Sequence record: MW175414.1
DNA: 64,000 bases
Reading direction: 5' to 3' (one strand)
DNA from: Escherichia phage VEc25
Shown here: positions 17,986 through 28,012 of the stretch, in pieces
Layout of the letters: every line of letters begins with the position of its first letter
Position numbering within the stretch: position 1 is the first letter of the stretch
Notes under the pieces: model-generated
What the model was told of the DNA's origin: nothing
Seen by the model: the letters and a program-made list of their open reading frames with translations, nothing else
Database searches by the model: none
Made by a program: the position numbers and the translations under genes

Positions 17986-20075
17986 TGAAACGAAATTATC
18001 TCACCATTATTGCCCTGTCAGTAGACAGTCGTAACCTCACCCTATGGCAACCAGATGGTTCTACTATGGTCATCCCCCAAGGGGATGCCCGTGTACCACG
18101 TATTGTTGCTGAAGCAAAAGAAAAGAATCTTACCCCAGGTAAGATTATCGAAGTGGATGTCACTATCGAAGCTCAGATTCGTCAGGAGTTTCTGGACGCT
18201 GAACGTGATACAGGTGGCTTTGTTAAATTCTTCCGTATTACCAAGAAGAAGCTACAAGAGTTCTTCTTAGGAGAAGAGGAAGAACAAGTCCCTCATGTAT
18301 CACCTGTAGAGTTAGGTGCTAAACCTACTGCTTTCAATGCTTTTATTGCTAATGCTGTGGGCAAAACTCTTGCTGTACAACATGCATCGTTAAAAGTACC
18401 TGAACCAGAAATGACGGTTACTCATGAGCGTTTTTACGGTAACTATGCTGTATGGATTACAGATGTAGACCCACGGAATCATCGTATTGAGGTTATTCAT
18501 GTTATCCGTGAAATCTCAGGAAGAACCAGTGAATATGTCAATAACCTACTGGCTCAACCAACCCCATTCAAAGTATTTGATTGGCTCACAGAGACTCAGG
18601 CTAAAGAGTTTGTAAGACGTTTGAATAACACTCAGGGTGTTATCTCTGTCTATAACAAACTGGAAGACGGTATTCCTGCTAAGGTTGCTGTAAAGGCCAC
18701 AGAGCCAACCAATAAGGAAAAGCTAGAAGCTGCATCAACTAAGCTGAAAGCTATGGGTGCTGTCGCTACTGATGCTTATGAGTTTCATACTGACTTGAAT
18801 GAGAATGAAGAGACTATCGTAGCTGTAGTGAATGATAAGGTGGTTCCTGATGTTCAGAACCTACACCGTCACATCCGTCAATCTGCAAACCTGAAAGACT
18901 ATAAAGGCTTTACTAAGTTCCTTGAACGTCTGTCTACTGTAATTGATAAACGTCGTCACTCTGTTGAAGACCTGATGAAGTTTATGGAAAAAGGTGACCT
19001 GCCAATTGCAGATGATGGCTCCATTGTTATCTTCAAACGTCTGGAAAGCAAAGACAATCCTGAACATCTCAAAGACGTAATGGATGATGTATTTGTTGAT
19101 TGCCATTCTAAGAAGATTGAGCAATGCGTTGGTATGCGTGTAATGGTTAAAGAAAACCTTGTAGACCAGAACCGTCGTAAAGACTGTTCTCATGGTTTGC
19201 ACGTAGCTTCTCTGCAATACATTCGTAATTTCTCAGGCAACGTAACCATTATTGGTAAAGTTGCTCCAGAGGATGTATTTGCAGTACCAGAATACGATGT
19301 TACTAAGATGCGTGTATCTGCTTATCACATCATTACCAAGCTACCTGATGCTATTCGTGACCATGTTAATAATGGCAATCCAATCTCCACCATTGAGGGT
19401 GGTACGGAAATCCTGAACATGGTTCTCAGTGGTAATCACCCCGAACCTTCCCGTCAGGTACTGGTTGGTGGTCATTATGGAACCAATCTGACTTATTCAG
19501 AACTCACTCGTAATTATCTGGATGATGATGAAGACAGCGTTATTCCAGATGAACCAGTAATTAAGAAAACTGCCTTGAATATGGAAGAGAGCTTTACGGC
19601 AACTAATCCTAAAGCTGAACCAGTGAAGGCAACGGATGTTAAACCTATTAAGAAGACTAAGATGGAAATTCTTAAAGACCTTTGGAACCAGTTCCTGAAA
19701 GCAGAGACTTCTAATGAAGCTATTACACTGGCTGATGAAATCATTGCTGCTAAGGGCAAATGTAAGAAGTCATGGGCTTCTTTAGGCTTCAGTGGTGGCA
19801 TGGTTCAGAAACTGATTGATGCTCGTGCTAATAAACCTAAGCCAGAAAAAGCAGTCAAGCAGGATAAAACTGTTGCACCTAAGAAAACTACAGTCACTCG
19901 TAGTCGGAATGCTGATGTTATTCGTAGTTATCTGAATGACAAAGGTATGTCTGATTACTGTAAAGCTCATGCCATTCACGATGTGAAACGTGCTGCTAAG
20001 AAATCTTATGCTGCACTGGGTCTGACTCCTGAAGAATGCAGCCAAATTGATAAACTGAAGCATCACCTGAAGTAA
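17985..20075 (+). CDS. rIIB-like protein (tentative)
   Basis: Large ORF translationally coupled to the rIIA-like gene; assignment by synteny only. Confidence 0.3.
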   Translation: MKRNYLTIIALSVDSRNLTLWQPDGSTMVIPQGDARVPRIVAEAKEKNLTPGKIIEVDVTIEAQIRQEFLDAERDTGGFVKFFRITKKKLQEFFLGEEEEQVPHVSPVELGAKPTAFNAFIANAVGKTLAVQHASLKVPEPEMTVTHERFYGNYAVWITDVDPRNHRIEVIHVIREISGRTSEYVNNLLAQPTPFKVFDWLTETQAKEFVRRLNNTQGVISVYNKLEDGIPAKVAVKATEPTNKEKLEAASTKLKAMGAVATDAYEFHTDLNENEETIVAVVNDKVVPDVQNLHRHIRQSANLKDYKGFTKFLERLSTVIDKRRHSVEDLMKFMEKGDLPIADDGSIVIFKRLESKDNPEHLKDVMDDVFVDCHSKKIEQCVGMRVMVKENLVDQNRRKDCSHGLHVASLQYIRNFSGNVTIIGKVAPEDVFAVPEYDVTKMRVSAYHIITKLPDAIRDHVNNGNPISTIEGGTEILNMVLSGNHPEPSRQVLVGGHYGTNLTYSELTRNYLDDDEDSVIPDEPVIKKTALNMEESFTATNPKAEPVKATDVKPIKKTKMEILKDLWNQFLKAETSNEAITLADEIIAAKGKCKKSWASLGFSGGMVQKLIDARANKPKPEKAVKQDKTVAPKKTTVTRSRNADVIRSYLNDKGMSDYCKAHAIHDVKRAAKKSYAALGLTPEECSQIDKLKHHLK

Positions 20076-20142
20076 GTAGGTTAACTATTCAAGTAGCTCC
20101 GGTTGAAATATACTGGAGCTATCTTTGAAGAGGATACATACT

Positions 20143-20538
20143 ATGGCCAAAGTTTATCGTGCTAACCGTAAAGCCCATGATGACGATATTATTCGTATGA
20201 ATGCAGTCGGTTTATCATTGGGAACCATTGCTAAAACATTAGGTGTTCACCCCACTACAGTTACCTTACGATTACGCTCTCTTGGTATTGAACCAACCGA
20301 CACACGTCGAACATTTATGGAGAACGTACTAGCACCATTACCTACTCACGTAGCTGATTGGTTATCAGAACAAGTAGGACCAAAGTATGAGATTCGACAA
20401 TACGTTCGAGACTTATTACTGGAAGCCTACAATAATCGTCATAATCATAAGGAAACTGCTCATGAACGATTCCTCAAAAGATACGTTGGTACAAACTCAG
20501 AACTGGTTTCTGAAGGCAGTACCCAACCCAACGAGTAA
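20143..20538 (+). CDS. Hypothetical protein
   Basis: ATG at 20143 with gagga RBS; ORF-track frame 20125..20538. Confidence 0.4.
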   Translation: MAKVYRANRKAHDDDIIRMNAVGLSLGTIAKTLGVHPTTVTLRLRSLGIEPTDTRRTFMENVLAPLPTHVADWLSEQVGPKYEIRQYVRDLLLEAYNNRHNHKETAHERFLKRYVGTNSELVSEGSTQPNE

Positions 20539-20914
20539 AAACATTAGTACCCAGATTGGTTGTCATCTGGAAGAAGTAGCAGAAATGCTAGAAGCAATAT
20601 GCAGCGTCTACAAGGAAGACGATAAGAAAATAGCTTATCTGAGAGAAGCCATTGTTCATGTAGCAGACCTCATTAAACAAAATGGGGGTATTGCTGTGAA
20701 AGACCCAAATGATCTTTTAGATAGTATTGCTGACCAGATTGTTACAGCAACTGGCGTCGGTACTTTCTTGGGTATGAACGTACCTGGAGCACTCACTGAA
20801 GTGAACCGTTCTAATTATTCAAAATTTGAAGACGGTGAGCCTGTTTTCAATGAGAATAAGAAAATAATGAAAGGTAAGAATTACACTCCGCCTGATTTAA
20901 CCCCATTCATTTAA
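20462..20914 (+). CDS. MazG-like nucleotide pyrophosphohydrolase (tentative)
   Basis: HLEEVAEMLEA and EAIVHVADLIKQ resemble the MazG E..E..E/D helix motifs. Start uncertain; it overlaps the upstream ORF. Confidence 0.35.
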   Translation: MNDSSKDTLVQTQNWFLKAVPNPTSKNISTQIGCHLEEVAEMLEAICSVYKEDDKKIAYLREAIVHVADLIKQNGGIAVKDPNDLLDSIADQIVTATGVGTFLGMNVPGALTEVNRSNYSKFEDGEPVFNENKKIMKGKNYTPPDLTPFI

Positions 20915-20917
20915 AAG

Positions 20918-20942
20918 AGCCGCCCATATAGGGCGGTTTTTG
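20918..20942 (+). terminator. Rho-independent terminator
   Basis: gccgccc-atata-gggcggt followed by TTTTT. Confidence 0.55.
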
Positions 20943-20956
20943 TATCTGGAGAACTC

Positions 20957-22276
20957 ATGTATAAAAGTACTACTAAGCTGCCACTAAATCCTGGTCAAGA
21001 GGCAGCGGCAGAAGGCTTCTTCGACTTTCTGCTCGACCCCAATGCTTCTGAACTTCGTATTAGTGGACCTGGTGGTACAGGCAAGACATTTACAATGGCT
21101 CATATGATTGACGAGATTATGCCCCGTTATCATGAGACATGTAGTCTGATGGGAATCCCTGCTCTCTATAACGAAGTTATTATGACTGCTACTACTAATA
21201 AGGCAGCAGAAGTATTAGCCCGTGCAACAGGGCGTCCTACGTCTACCTATCATTCCTTTCAAGGTCTGACAGTACGGAATAACCTAAAGACTGGGGAAGC
21301 AGACCTGATTCCGTCTAAGTCCTTCAGTATCAAAAAGAATAAGGTCATTTTTATTGATGAAGCATCAATGATTGACCGTAAACTGAAGAAGTTTATTAAC
21401 GAAGGTACTCACCAAAGTAAGATTGTTTACTTAGGCGATAAATGCCAATTGTTACCTGTAAAGGAAACTTCTTCACCTGTCTACAATGACAGTAGCATTA
21501 AAGAGTTTATGCTGACCCAGCAGATGCGTACTGATGTCCCTGAACTCCATGCACTGCATGAACAGCTTCGTGGAACCATTGAAGGTAAGCACGGATTCCT
21601 GCCTATTAAAGCAGTTCCGGGTATTATCGACTGGATTGAAGATGGTGATGAAATGAGAAAAGAAGTCAAAGGTCATTTCATGACTAAGACTGACACTCGT
21701 ATTGTTGCCTATACCAACCAACAGGTTGTTAACTATAACACCTTCATTCGAGCCATGAATGGATTCCACGGAGAGTTCTGTATTGGTGAAGAGTTAGTAA
21801 GTAACTCTGCTATTCAGATTGGTGCTGGTGACCGCCTCAGTATTGAACAGGAATGCCAGATTGTTGACCAGGATTCTGCTACTCGTAAGATTCTGATTGA
21901 TTCCTCTGGCATCGAATTAGAAGTACGTGATTGCACCCTGGATACTGGTTATGGTGGTGTCTTTGAAGGTATCCCTATTCCGGTAGATATGGATTATTTC
22001 ATTCGTTTGCAAAAGTACTATGCACACCAAAAGAACTGGGAACGTCACTTCTATTTGAAAGAAACATTCCCTGAACTTCGAGCATTACATGCTTCTACTG
22101 TGCATAAGTCTCAAGGTTCTACCTACGACACCATCTTTATTGATGCTACTGATTTATCTACTTGCCGTCAGCCTGATGTAGTAGCACGTCTGCTTTATGT
22201 AGCAGTATCTCGTGCTCGTCATCGTGTTGTGTTCTATGGCTCTTTGGCAGAGAAATTTGGTGGTCTGGTTCGCTAA
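20957..22276 (+). CDS. SF1 DNA helicase (Dda/RecD-like)
   Basis: Walker A GPGGTGKTF; Walker B VIFIDEASM; motif VI-like STVHKSQGSTYD. Confidence 0.7.
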   Translation: MYKSTTKLPLNPGQEAAAEGFFDFLLDPNASELRISGPGGTGKTFTMAHMIDEIMPRYHETCSLMGIPALYNEVIMTATTNKAAEVLARATGRPTSTYHSFQGLTVRNNLKTGEADLIPSKSFSIKKNKVIFIDEASMIDRKLKKFINEGTHQSKIVYLGDKCQLLPVKETSSPVYNDSSIKEFMLTQQMRTDVPELHALHEQLRGTIEGKHGFLPIKAVPGIIDWIEDGDEMRKEVKGHFMTKTDTRIVAYTNQQVVNYNTFIRAMNGFHGEFCIGEELVSNSAIQIGAGDRLSIEQECQIVDQDSATRKILIDSSGIELEVRDCTLDTGYGGVFEGIPIPVDMDYFIRLQKYYAHQKNWERHFYLKETFPELRALHASTVHKSQGSTYDTIFIDATDLSTCRQPDVVARLLYVAVSRARHRVVFYGSLAEKFGGLVR

Positions 22277-22285
22277 GGAGAACTT

Positions 22286-22813
22286 ATGCAACTGGGTGAA
22301 AAACAAATCCGTGAAATGACTAATAGTAGTGAACTGGTTCAGGAATTATTCTTAGCCGAGTTACGTCGGCTAGATAAAGTACTGGATAGTATTATTACAC
22401 GTAATGGGGAAACATTCGCTGTATACAACTCAACAGGGTTCCTGTATTTAGGGGAGTTCTATTCGAGTTCCCGTTCATCACAACAACCCCCTTCTGGTCA
22501 TCGTCTGGCTCTAGCTAATCACCTACTGGATGATATGCGGGAGTATCTGGAACAAGCAGGTAAACTTCTGCTAGAAGTCCATATGGTAAATCAGATGGTC
22601 TTTCGTCTGGTTCAGGGCTGTAAAACTTATCAAGACGTTCGTGATGCATTGCCAGAATGCCTCATTGCTATGGATAAACAGGGTCATCTGAAATCCTTAC
22701 AGAGAACCAGAAAGGCAGCATTTACTCTGGATAATGATGCTATGGCTCTCCGTCAGTATGAGAAAATCTTACCGATTATCGAATACTATGCGGGAACCCA
22801 TCTTATCTTTTGA
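22286..22813 (+). CDS. Hypothetical protein
   Basis: ORF between the helicase and the DNA polymerase. Confidence 0.4.
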   Translation: MQLGEKQIREMTNSSELVQELFLAELRRLDKVLDSIITRNGETFAVYNSTGFLYLGEFYSSSRSSQQPPSGHRLALANHLLDDMREYLEQAGKLLLEVHMVNQMVFRLVQGCKTYQDVRDALPECLIAMDKQGHLKSLQRTRKAAFTLDNDAMALRQYEKILPIIEYYAGTHLIF

Positions 22814-22820
22814 GGTCTGT

Positions 22821-24785
22821 ATGCGTCACATTACATTCAACAATGAGGGTATCTACCCTATTGCTATCCTTACTACAACGTTACGTAAGGATGATATTGT
22901 CAAAGCATACATGGAACCCTGGGATGTAGATAAAGATTCAGTAATGATTCTTGAACTTCATACAGCCCCAGGGAAAAAGAAAACTCCTGCTAAAGAGATG
23001 CAGGAGTTTATTACCCAAGAATTAGTGCCAGCATTCGAAGCAGCACAAACTCAGTATATCATCTGTGGTGATTCTGAATATTACAAACAGCTAACCAAAC
23101 AAGGTAAAGCTGATGCCAATATTGGCTATGTAATGGATTGTGCTTATGGGAACCAGAAAGTTATTTACGTTCCCAATTACAGACAAATCTTTTATGACCC
23201 GGATAAGGTAAAGACTAAGATTGCTTTATCTATGCAGGCTCTGATTGATTATGTCTCTGGTTCTTATGTTGAGCCAGGAACTAAGATTATCCACTATGCT
23301 GATTATCCATTAACTCCAGAAGCTATATCTAAGTGGTTAGATAAGTTACTGGAGATGAATGTTCCGTTAGCAGTGGATATAGAAACTTTCAGTCTGAAGC
23401 ATTATGACTGTGGTATAGGCACTATTACATTCTGCTGGAACAAGCATGAAGGGATTGCATTCCCTGTGGATTATGAACCAATTGAGGGGGCTACTGAAGC
23501 TCCTTATGGTAGACAAGTTCACAACATGCTTGTTCGTTCTATGCTCAGGGACTTTTTTATTAAGTATCTGAACAGGCAGATGTATCACAATATTGCCTTT
23601 GACGTATATGCACTCATTTACCAGTTATTTATGACAGACCTTCTGGATACGGAAGGGTTGTTGCATGGCATGAGTATCATGCTAAGAAACTGGGATTGCA
23701 CTAAGTTAATTACCTATCTGGCCACTAATTCTTGTGCTGGTAATAAGCTAAGTCTTAAAGACCAGGCTCAGGAATATGCTGGTAACTATGCTCAAGAAGA
23801 AATCAATGACATTACCAGAATCCCATTAGCAGAGTTGTTGGAATACAACTTAGTGGATGGATTATGTACCTGGTATGTCTATGAAAAGCATTGGGATACT
23901 CTGGTTAATGACCAACAGTTAGATGTTTATACAAACATCTTTAAACCTGCATGTGAAGATATTATTCAAATGCAGTTAACTGGTATGCCTATCAATATGA
24001 AGACAGTATTGGAGGTAGAAGAGGCATTAACCCAAGACTATAACAATGCGTTAAAAACAATTGCTGACAGTAAAGTAATCAAAGATTTTACCCGTCTTCT
24101 TAATGAAGAATGGGTAGAAAAACAGAACCAGATTCTGAAGAAGAAACGAGTGACTTTAGCTGATGCTAAAGAGCAGTTTAATCCAAACTCAGGTATTCAA
24201 TTACAGAAGCTACTTTTTGAGTTTCTGGGGTTACCCGTACTGGGTCTGACTGCAAGTAAACTACCTGCTACTGGTAGTGGCATACTCAAGTCTTTGAAGA
24301 ACCATACTCAAGATACCAGTATTCTGGAAATTCTTGATGCTCTGATTGATTACAAAGCTGTAGATAAAATTCTGACAGCATTTATTCCAGCATTAAAAAA
24401 TGCCAGACAAGGACCAGATGGTTGGCATTATCTCTTTGGTAATCTGAACTTAGGTGGGACTGTATCAGGCCGTCTATCCAGTAGTGAACCAAACCTACAG
24501 AACCTACCTTCTGGTTCCAGATATGCCAAGATGATTAAAAAGTGTTTTGAGGCTCCCCCTGGGTGGATATTCTGTGGGCTAGACTTTGCTTCTCTCGAAG
24601 ACCGTATATCTGCTTTAACAACCAAAGACCCTAACAAGCTGAAGGTGTACATGGGTGTGACTGTTTATACAGTTACTATAGAAGGAGTTGACCATCATAT
24701 CCGAGATGATGATACAATCGTTTATGATGGTAAAACTTATACCGGTGAGGAGTTCTATGACGCTTTTACCCGTGGCCTTCTATGA
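22821..24785 (+). CDS. Family A DNA polymerase, N-terminal part (3'-5' exonuclease plus palm motif A)
   Basis: Exo I-like LAVDIETFS; motif A-like GLDFASLEDRI. The ORF stops about 60 codons after motif A; motifs B and C lie in a separate downstream ORF. Confidence 0.7.
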   Translation: MRHITFNNEGIYPIAILTTTLRKDDIVKAYMEPWDVDKDSVMILELHTAPGKKKTPAKEMQEFITQELVPAFEAAQTQYIICGDSEYYKQLTKQGKADANIGYVMDCAYGNQKVIYVPNYRQIFYDPDKVKTKIALSMQALIDYVSGSYVEPGTKIIHYADYPLTPEAISKWLDKLLEMNVPLAVDIETFSLKHYDCGIGTITFCWNKHEGIAFPVDYEPIEGATEAPYGRQVHNMLVRSMLRDFFIKYLNRQMYHNIAFDVYALIYQLFMTDLLDTEGLLHGMSIMLRNWDCTKLITYLATNSCAGNKLSLKDQAQEYAGNYAQEEINDITRIPLAELLEYNLVDGLCTWYVYEKHWDTLVNDQQLDVYTNIFKPACEDIIQMQLTGMPINMKTVLEVEEALTQDYNNALKTIADSKVIKDFTRLLNEEWVEKQNQILKKKRVTLADAKEQFNPNSGIQLQKLLFEFLGLPVLGLTASKLPATGSGILKSLKNHTQDTSILEILDALIDYKAVDKILTAFIPALKNARQGPDGWHYLFGNLNLGGTVSGRLSSSEPNLQNLPSGSRYAKMIKKCFEAPPGWIFCGLDFASLEDRISALTTKDPNKLKVYMGVTVYTVTIEGVDHHIRDDDTIVYDGKTYTGEEFYDAFTRGLL

Positions 24786-25302
24786 ACAACGGTATAAGAT
24801 TTCCGATGAAGGTTTCATCTTAAATCTTGCAAACAATCAACCCCTAAAACCGACTCTCAATCCTAACGGATACCTTAAGGTTGGGTTAGCTAATGGGGAT
24901 GGTACACATCACCAAGAGCTACTTCATATTCTGGTAGCTAAACACTTCATCCCTAATCCTTATGGCTATGAACAGGTGAACCATAAAGATGGTAATAAAC
25001 TGCATTGTCATAAGGATAATCTGGAATGGTGCTCTGCTACTCAGAATGTTGAACATGCACTTAAAACAAGGCTACGTCCTGGTTACATGTCTGCTGACGA
25101 TAAAGAAAAGTATCTCTTTGAGGTGCTGGCAGGTAAGCAAGTTAAAGACATTGCTTTTGAAATAGGTAGACGTCCTGAAACTTTGCATAAGATGCTCAGA
25201 ACTACTGCTGACCGACTTGGTGTTCGAAATGAGTGGGATGATGTTATGAGGAGAAATAGAAAAGATGTTGCTTTACGACAGCTTGCCAAAATCAACTCAT
25301 GA
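24757..25302 (+). CDS. HNH homing endonuclease (HNH_3-like) inserted in the DNA polymerase gene
   Basis: Own gaggag RBS and ATG; N-terminal YKISDEGFILNL and core NHKDGNKLHCHKDNLEWCSATQN; lies in a third frame between the two polymerase ORFs. Confidence 0.6.
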   Translation: MTLLPVAFYEQRYKISDEGFILNLANNQPLKPTLNPNGYLKVGLANGDGTHHQELLHILVAKHFIPNPYGYEQVNHKDGNKLHCHKDNLEWCSATQNVEHALKTRLRPGYMSADDKEKYLFEVLAGKQVKDIAFEIGRRPETLHKMLRTTADRLGVRNEWDDVMRRNRKDVALRQLAKINS

Positions 25303-26095
25303 CTTCACTGGCAAGAAAATTGACAACGTAGTCAAAGCCGGGAGTTCATCAGGTTACGACGGGCATAGTCTACGTGCATATGCTTACTTCGGTGAGATGA
25401 TGCCTGACATTGAAGATACGGTAGAGTCTGTTAATTCTATTCAGGAGAAGTACAAAGCATATCGTCAGGATTCTAAAGCACCTACCTTTGCTCTTACCTA
25501 TCAGGGCACGTATATCACTTTGATGAAGAACTGTGGTTTCCCTGAACAGAAAGCTCGAATGGTTGAGGAACGTTATCACACACTTTATAAGGTAAGTGAT
25601 GACTGGGTTCAGGCTAAACTAGACCAAGCTGCAAAAGATGGTTATGTAACCGTAGCATTTGGCCTGAGAGTCAGAACCCCCTTACTTCAACAAGTTATCC
25701 GTGGAACCAGTAAAACTCCTTATGAAGCTGAAGCTGAAGGACGTACTGCTGGTAATGCATTAGGCCAAAGTTGGTGTCTTCTGAATAACCGTGCTGGTTC
25801 AGAGTTCATGCGTAAGGTACGGAATAGTAAGCATCGTCTTGATATTCGTCCAAGTACCCATATCCATGATGCTCAGTATTTCCTTATCCGTGATGATATG
25901 GATGTTGTGATATATACCAATACTCATTTGGTGAAAGCAGTACAATGGCAAGACCATCCTGATATTGCTCATCCAGATGTTCATTTGGGTGGGGAACTCT
26001 CCTTATTCTACCCAACGTGGGCTAACGAGATTGAGATTCCAAACTACGCTACGCCCGAACAAGTCCATGAAGCAATCCAAAAGGCATTTAAATGA
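25265..26095 (+). CDS. Family A DNA polymerase, C-terminal part (fingers/palm, motifs B and C)
   Basis: DGHSLRAYAYFG (Pol I DIHRATA-like), motif B-like SKAPTFALTYQGTY, motif C-like STHIHDA. Confidence 0.65.
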   Translation: MLLYDSLPKSTHDFTGKKIDNVVKAGSSSGYDGHSLRAYAYFGEMMPDIEDTVESVNSIQEKYKAYRQDSKAPTFALTYQGTYITLMKNCGFPEQKARMVEERYHTLYKVSDDWVQAKLDQAAKDGYVTVAFGLRVRTPLLQQVIRGTSKTPYEAEAEGRTAGNALGQSWCLLNNRAGSEFMRKVRNSKHRLDIRPSTHIHDAQYFLIRDDMDVVIYTNTHLVKAVQWQDHPDIAHPDVHLGGELSLFYPTWANEIEIPNYATPEQVHEAIQKAFK

Positions 26096-26430
26096 CCAAA
26101 CAAATTGAAGAGAAAAAGCATCACTGGTTAGTAGCAGCTCAACTGACTTTTGTTATTCCTGATAACAAAGATGGTCAGGAAGGTGCTGTTATTGTTCAGA
26201 ACACTATGCTGCTTACTGAAGAGAAACAGGTAACTTTCCGTGACCTGGGACGTGCTCAGTCTGCTCTGTTTCAGAATCTGAATGACCGTTTTGGTCAAGT
26301 GGTAGATGTACGGGATATTGTATTCCTGAACGTCAGCTACTTGGGTCATATGAGCCAGCCTGACTTTCAGCAAAATCTGGTAACTAAAGATACTGCTGCG
26401 AAGAAAGCTAAACTGAAAGCTGTGGAGTAA
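26092..26430 (+). CDS. Hypothetical protein
   Basis: ORF with ATGA overlap to the polymerase C-terminal ORF. Confidence 0.4.
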   Translation: MTKQIEEKKHHWLVAAQLTFVIPDNKDGQEGAVIVQNTMLLTEEKQVTFRDLGRAQSALFQNLNDRFGQVVDVRDIVFLNVSYLGHMSQPDFQQNLVTKDTAAKKAKLKAVE

Positions 26431-26432
26431 TC

Positions 26433-27041
26433 ATGTCTGAAAAACTATCAGGTGGTTTTAATAACTACTATCTGGTTCAGGTAACCAACCCTCAACGTAT
26501 GGAACAGCCTCCATATCAGGCCGAGTGTGAGGATATTATCCAAGCACTAAATATGACCTTTGATGAAGGGTGTCTGTTCAAGGCATTGTGGCGTAATGCT
26601 GCTGCTCGTTTAGGTAATGGTAAACCAGGTAACAGTGCCGTTTATGATGCAGAGAAGATGATTCATTATGCTAACCGTATTTTTACTAAAGAATCCGGTG
26701 GGCAGAAAAAAGAAGCAGAAGAACCAATCTCTGAAGCTCTGAAGAAGGGTGAAGAGATTCATATGTCTCTGTCTGAATTATTCACCCTGTTAACTGGTGA
26801 AGCAGCAGAAGGTGAAGTAATGAGCCTTGCTGGTTGGCATACCCATGTACCCAACCGTTTGGGTGTTATGCCTGTTGCTGTTGCAATGAGCAAAGCAGAA
26901 CAAGTTGATGTAGTACGTGCCGATGGAACGACTATTACTCATGTATTTCCTCATGAGATTGACTGGTCTGATAAGATTGCCCCCTTTGCTCGAATCACTG
27001 CATGGCGTTTCAGTAACCCATCTAAGGTCGCTTCTAAATGA
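26433..27041 (+). CDS. Hypothetical protein
   Basis: ORF in the replication module. Confidence 0.4.
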   Translation: MSEKLSGGFNNYYLVQVTNPQRMEQPPYQAECEDIIQALNMTFDEGCLFKALWRNAAARLGNGKPGNSAVYDAEKMIHYANRIFTKESGGQKKEAEEPISEALKKGEEIHMSLSELFTLLTGEAAEGEVMSLAGWHTHVPNRLGVMPVAVAMSKAEQVDVVRADGTTITHVFPHEIDWSDKIAPFARITAWRFSNPSKVASK

Positions 27042-28012
27042 AAATCACGAACAATCATGACGTGTCCTTGCCATTAGCTGTCTGGCTTTTGCATGACGAG
27101 TATGATTACGTGAAGGATAAAAAGTATCTTTCTGTGACTACCCTGCTTAAGCCAATTAAGCACATTGTCATGAAGCATCGTGTAGACCTTTCTGTAGAAA
27201 GCATGGACATCATGGATTTGGTGTCCACTTCTATGGGTACAGGCTTACATGATTCTATTGAGAAGGCATGGCATAACGGACACCACAATGCATTACGCAA
27301 GTTAGGGTATCCTGAGCGTGTCGTTCAGAATGTTGTCATCAACCCTACCCCTGAGCAGATTGCATCAAATCCAAACTTAATTCCTGTATGGATAGAACAA
27401 CGAGCAACTAAAAAGATTGCTGGTTGGACTATTGGGGGTAAGTTCGACATCGTTACTGAAGGTCTTCTTCAAGATGTAAAATCCACCTCCACTTACACAT
27501 GGGTAAAGGGTGGACGTGATGAAGAACATAAACTTCAGGGGTCAATGTATCGTTGGTTGCATGACGACAAGATTACCGAAGATGTGATTCGTATTAACTA
27601 CATCTTCACTGACTGGATGAAAGCATTAGCTACATCTCAAGAAAACTATCCAAAGCATCGTGTGCTGCATAAAGACATTCCATTGATGTCTTATGAAGCG
27701 ACTGAAGAATGGATTAAAGCCAAGCTGGCTCTCATTGATAAGTACTGGGATGCTCCTGAAAGCGAGATTCCAGAATGTACTGATGAAGAGTTATGGCGTT
27801 CTGACCCAGTGTTTAAATACTTTGCTGACCCAGAGAAAGCAAAACAACCTGGTGCTCGTTCTACCAAAAACTTCCCTACTCTCTTTGAGGCTCGGAAGTT
27901 CATGGCAGAGAAGGGCAAAGGCACTATTCTTCATGTTCCTGGTGAACCTAAACGATGCAATTATTGCTCAATTTTTAACATCTGCGAACAAAGAAAGAGA
28001 TATTTCCCATGA
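27038..28012 (+). CDS. PD-(D/E)XK nuclease, RecB/Cas4-like with C-terminal Cys cluster
   Basis: GKFDIVTEGLLQDVKS (D...DxK) and C-terminal CNYCSIFNIC (CxxCx5C) as in Fe-S RecB-family exonucleases. Confidence 0.45.
   Translation: MKITNNHDVSLPLAVWLLHDEYDYVKDKKYLSVTTLLKPIKHIVMKHRVDLSVESMDIMDLVSTSMGTGLHDSIEKAWHNGHHNALRKLGYPERVVQNVVINPTPEQIASNPNLIPVWIEQRATKKIAGWTIGGKFDIVTEGLLQDVKSTSTYTWVKGGRDEEHKLQGSMYRWLHDDKITEDVIRINYIFTDWMKALATSQENYPKHRVLHKDIPLMSYEATEEWIKAKLALIDKYWDAPESEIPECTDEELWRSDPVFKYFADPEKAKQPGARSTKNFPTLFEARKFMAEKGKGTILHVPGEPKRCNYCSIFNICEQRKRYFP

Noticed and set aside
22821-26095. Intein interpretation of the polymerase interruption
   Set aside because: The two polymerase parts and the HNH ORF are in three different frames, and the HNH gene has its own RBS and ATG; inteins are in-frame fusions.
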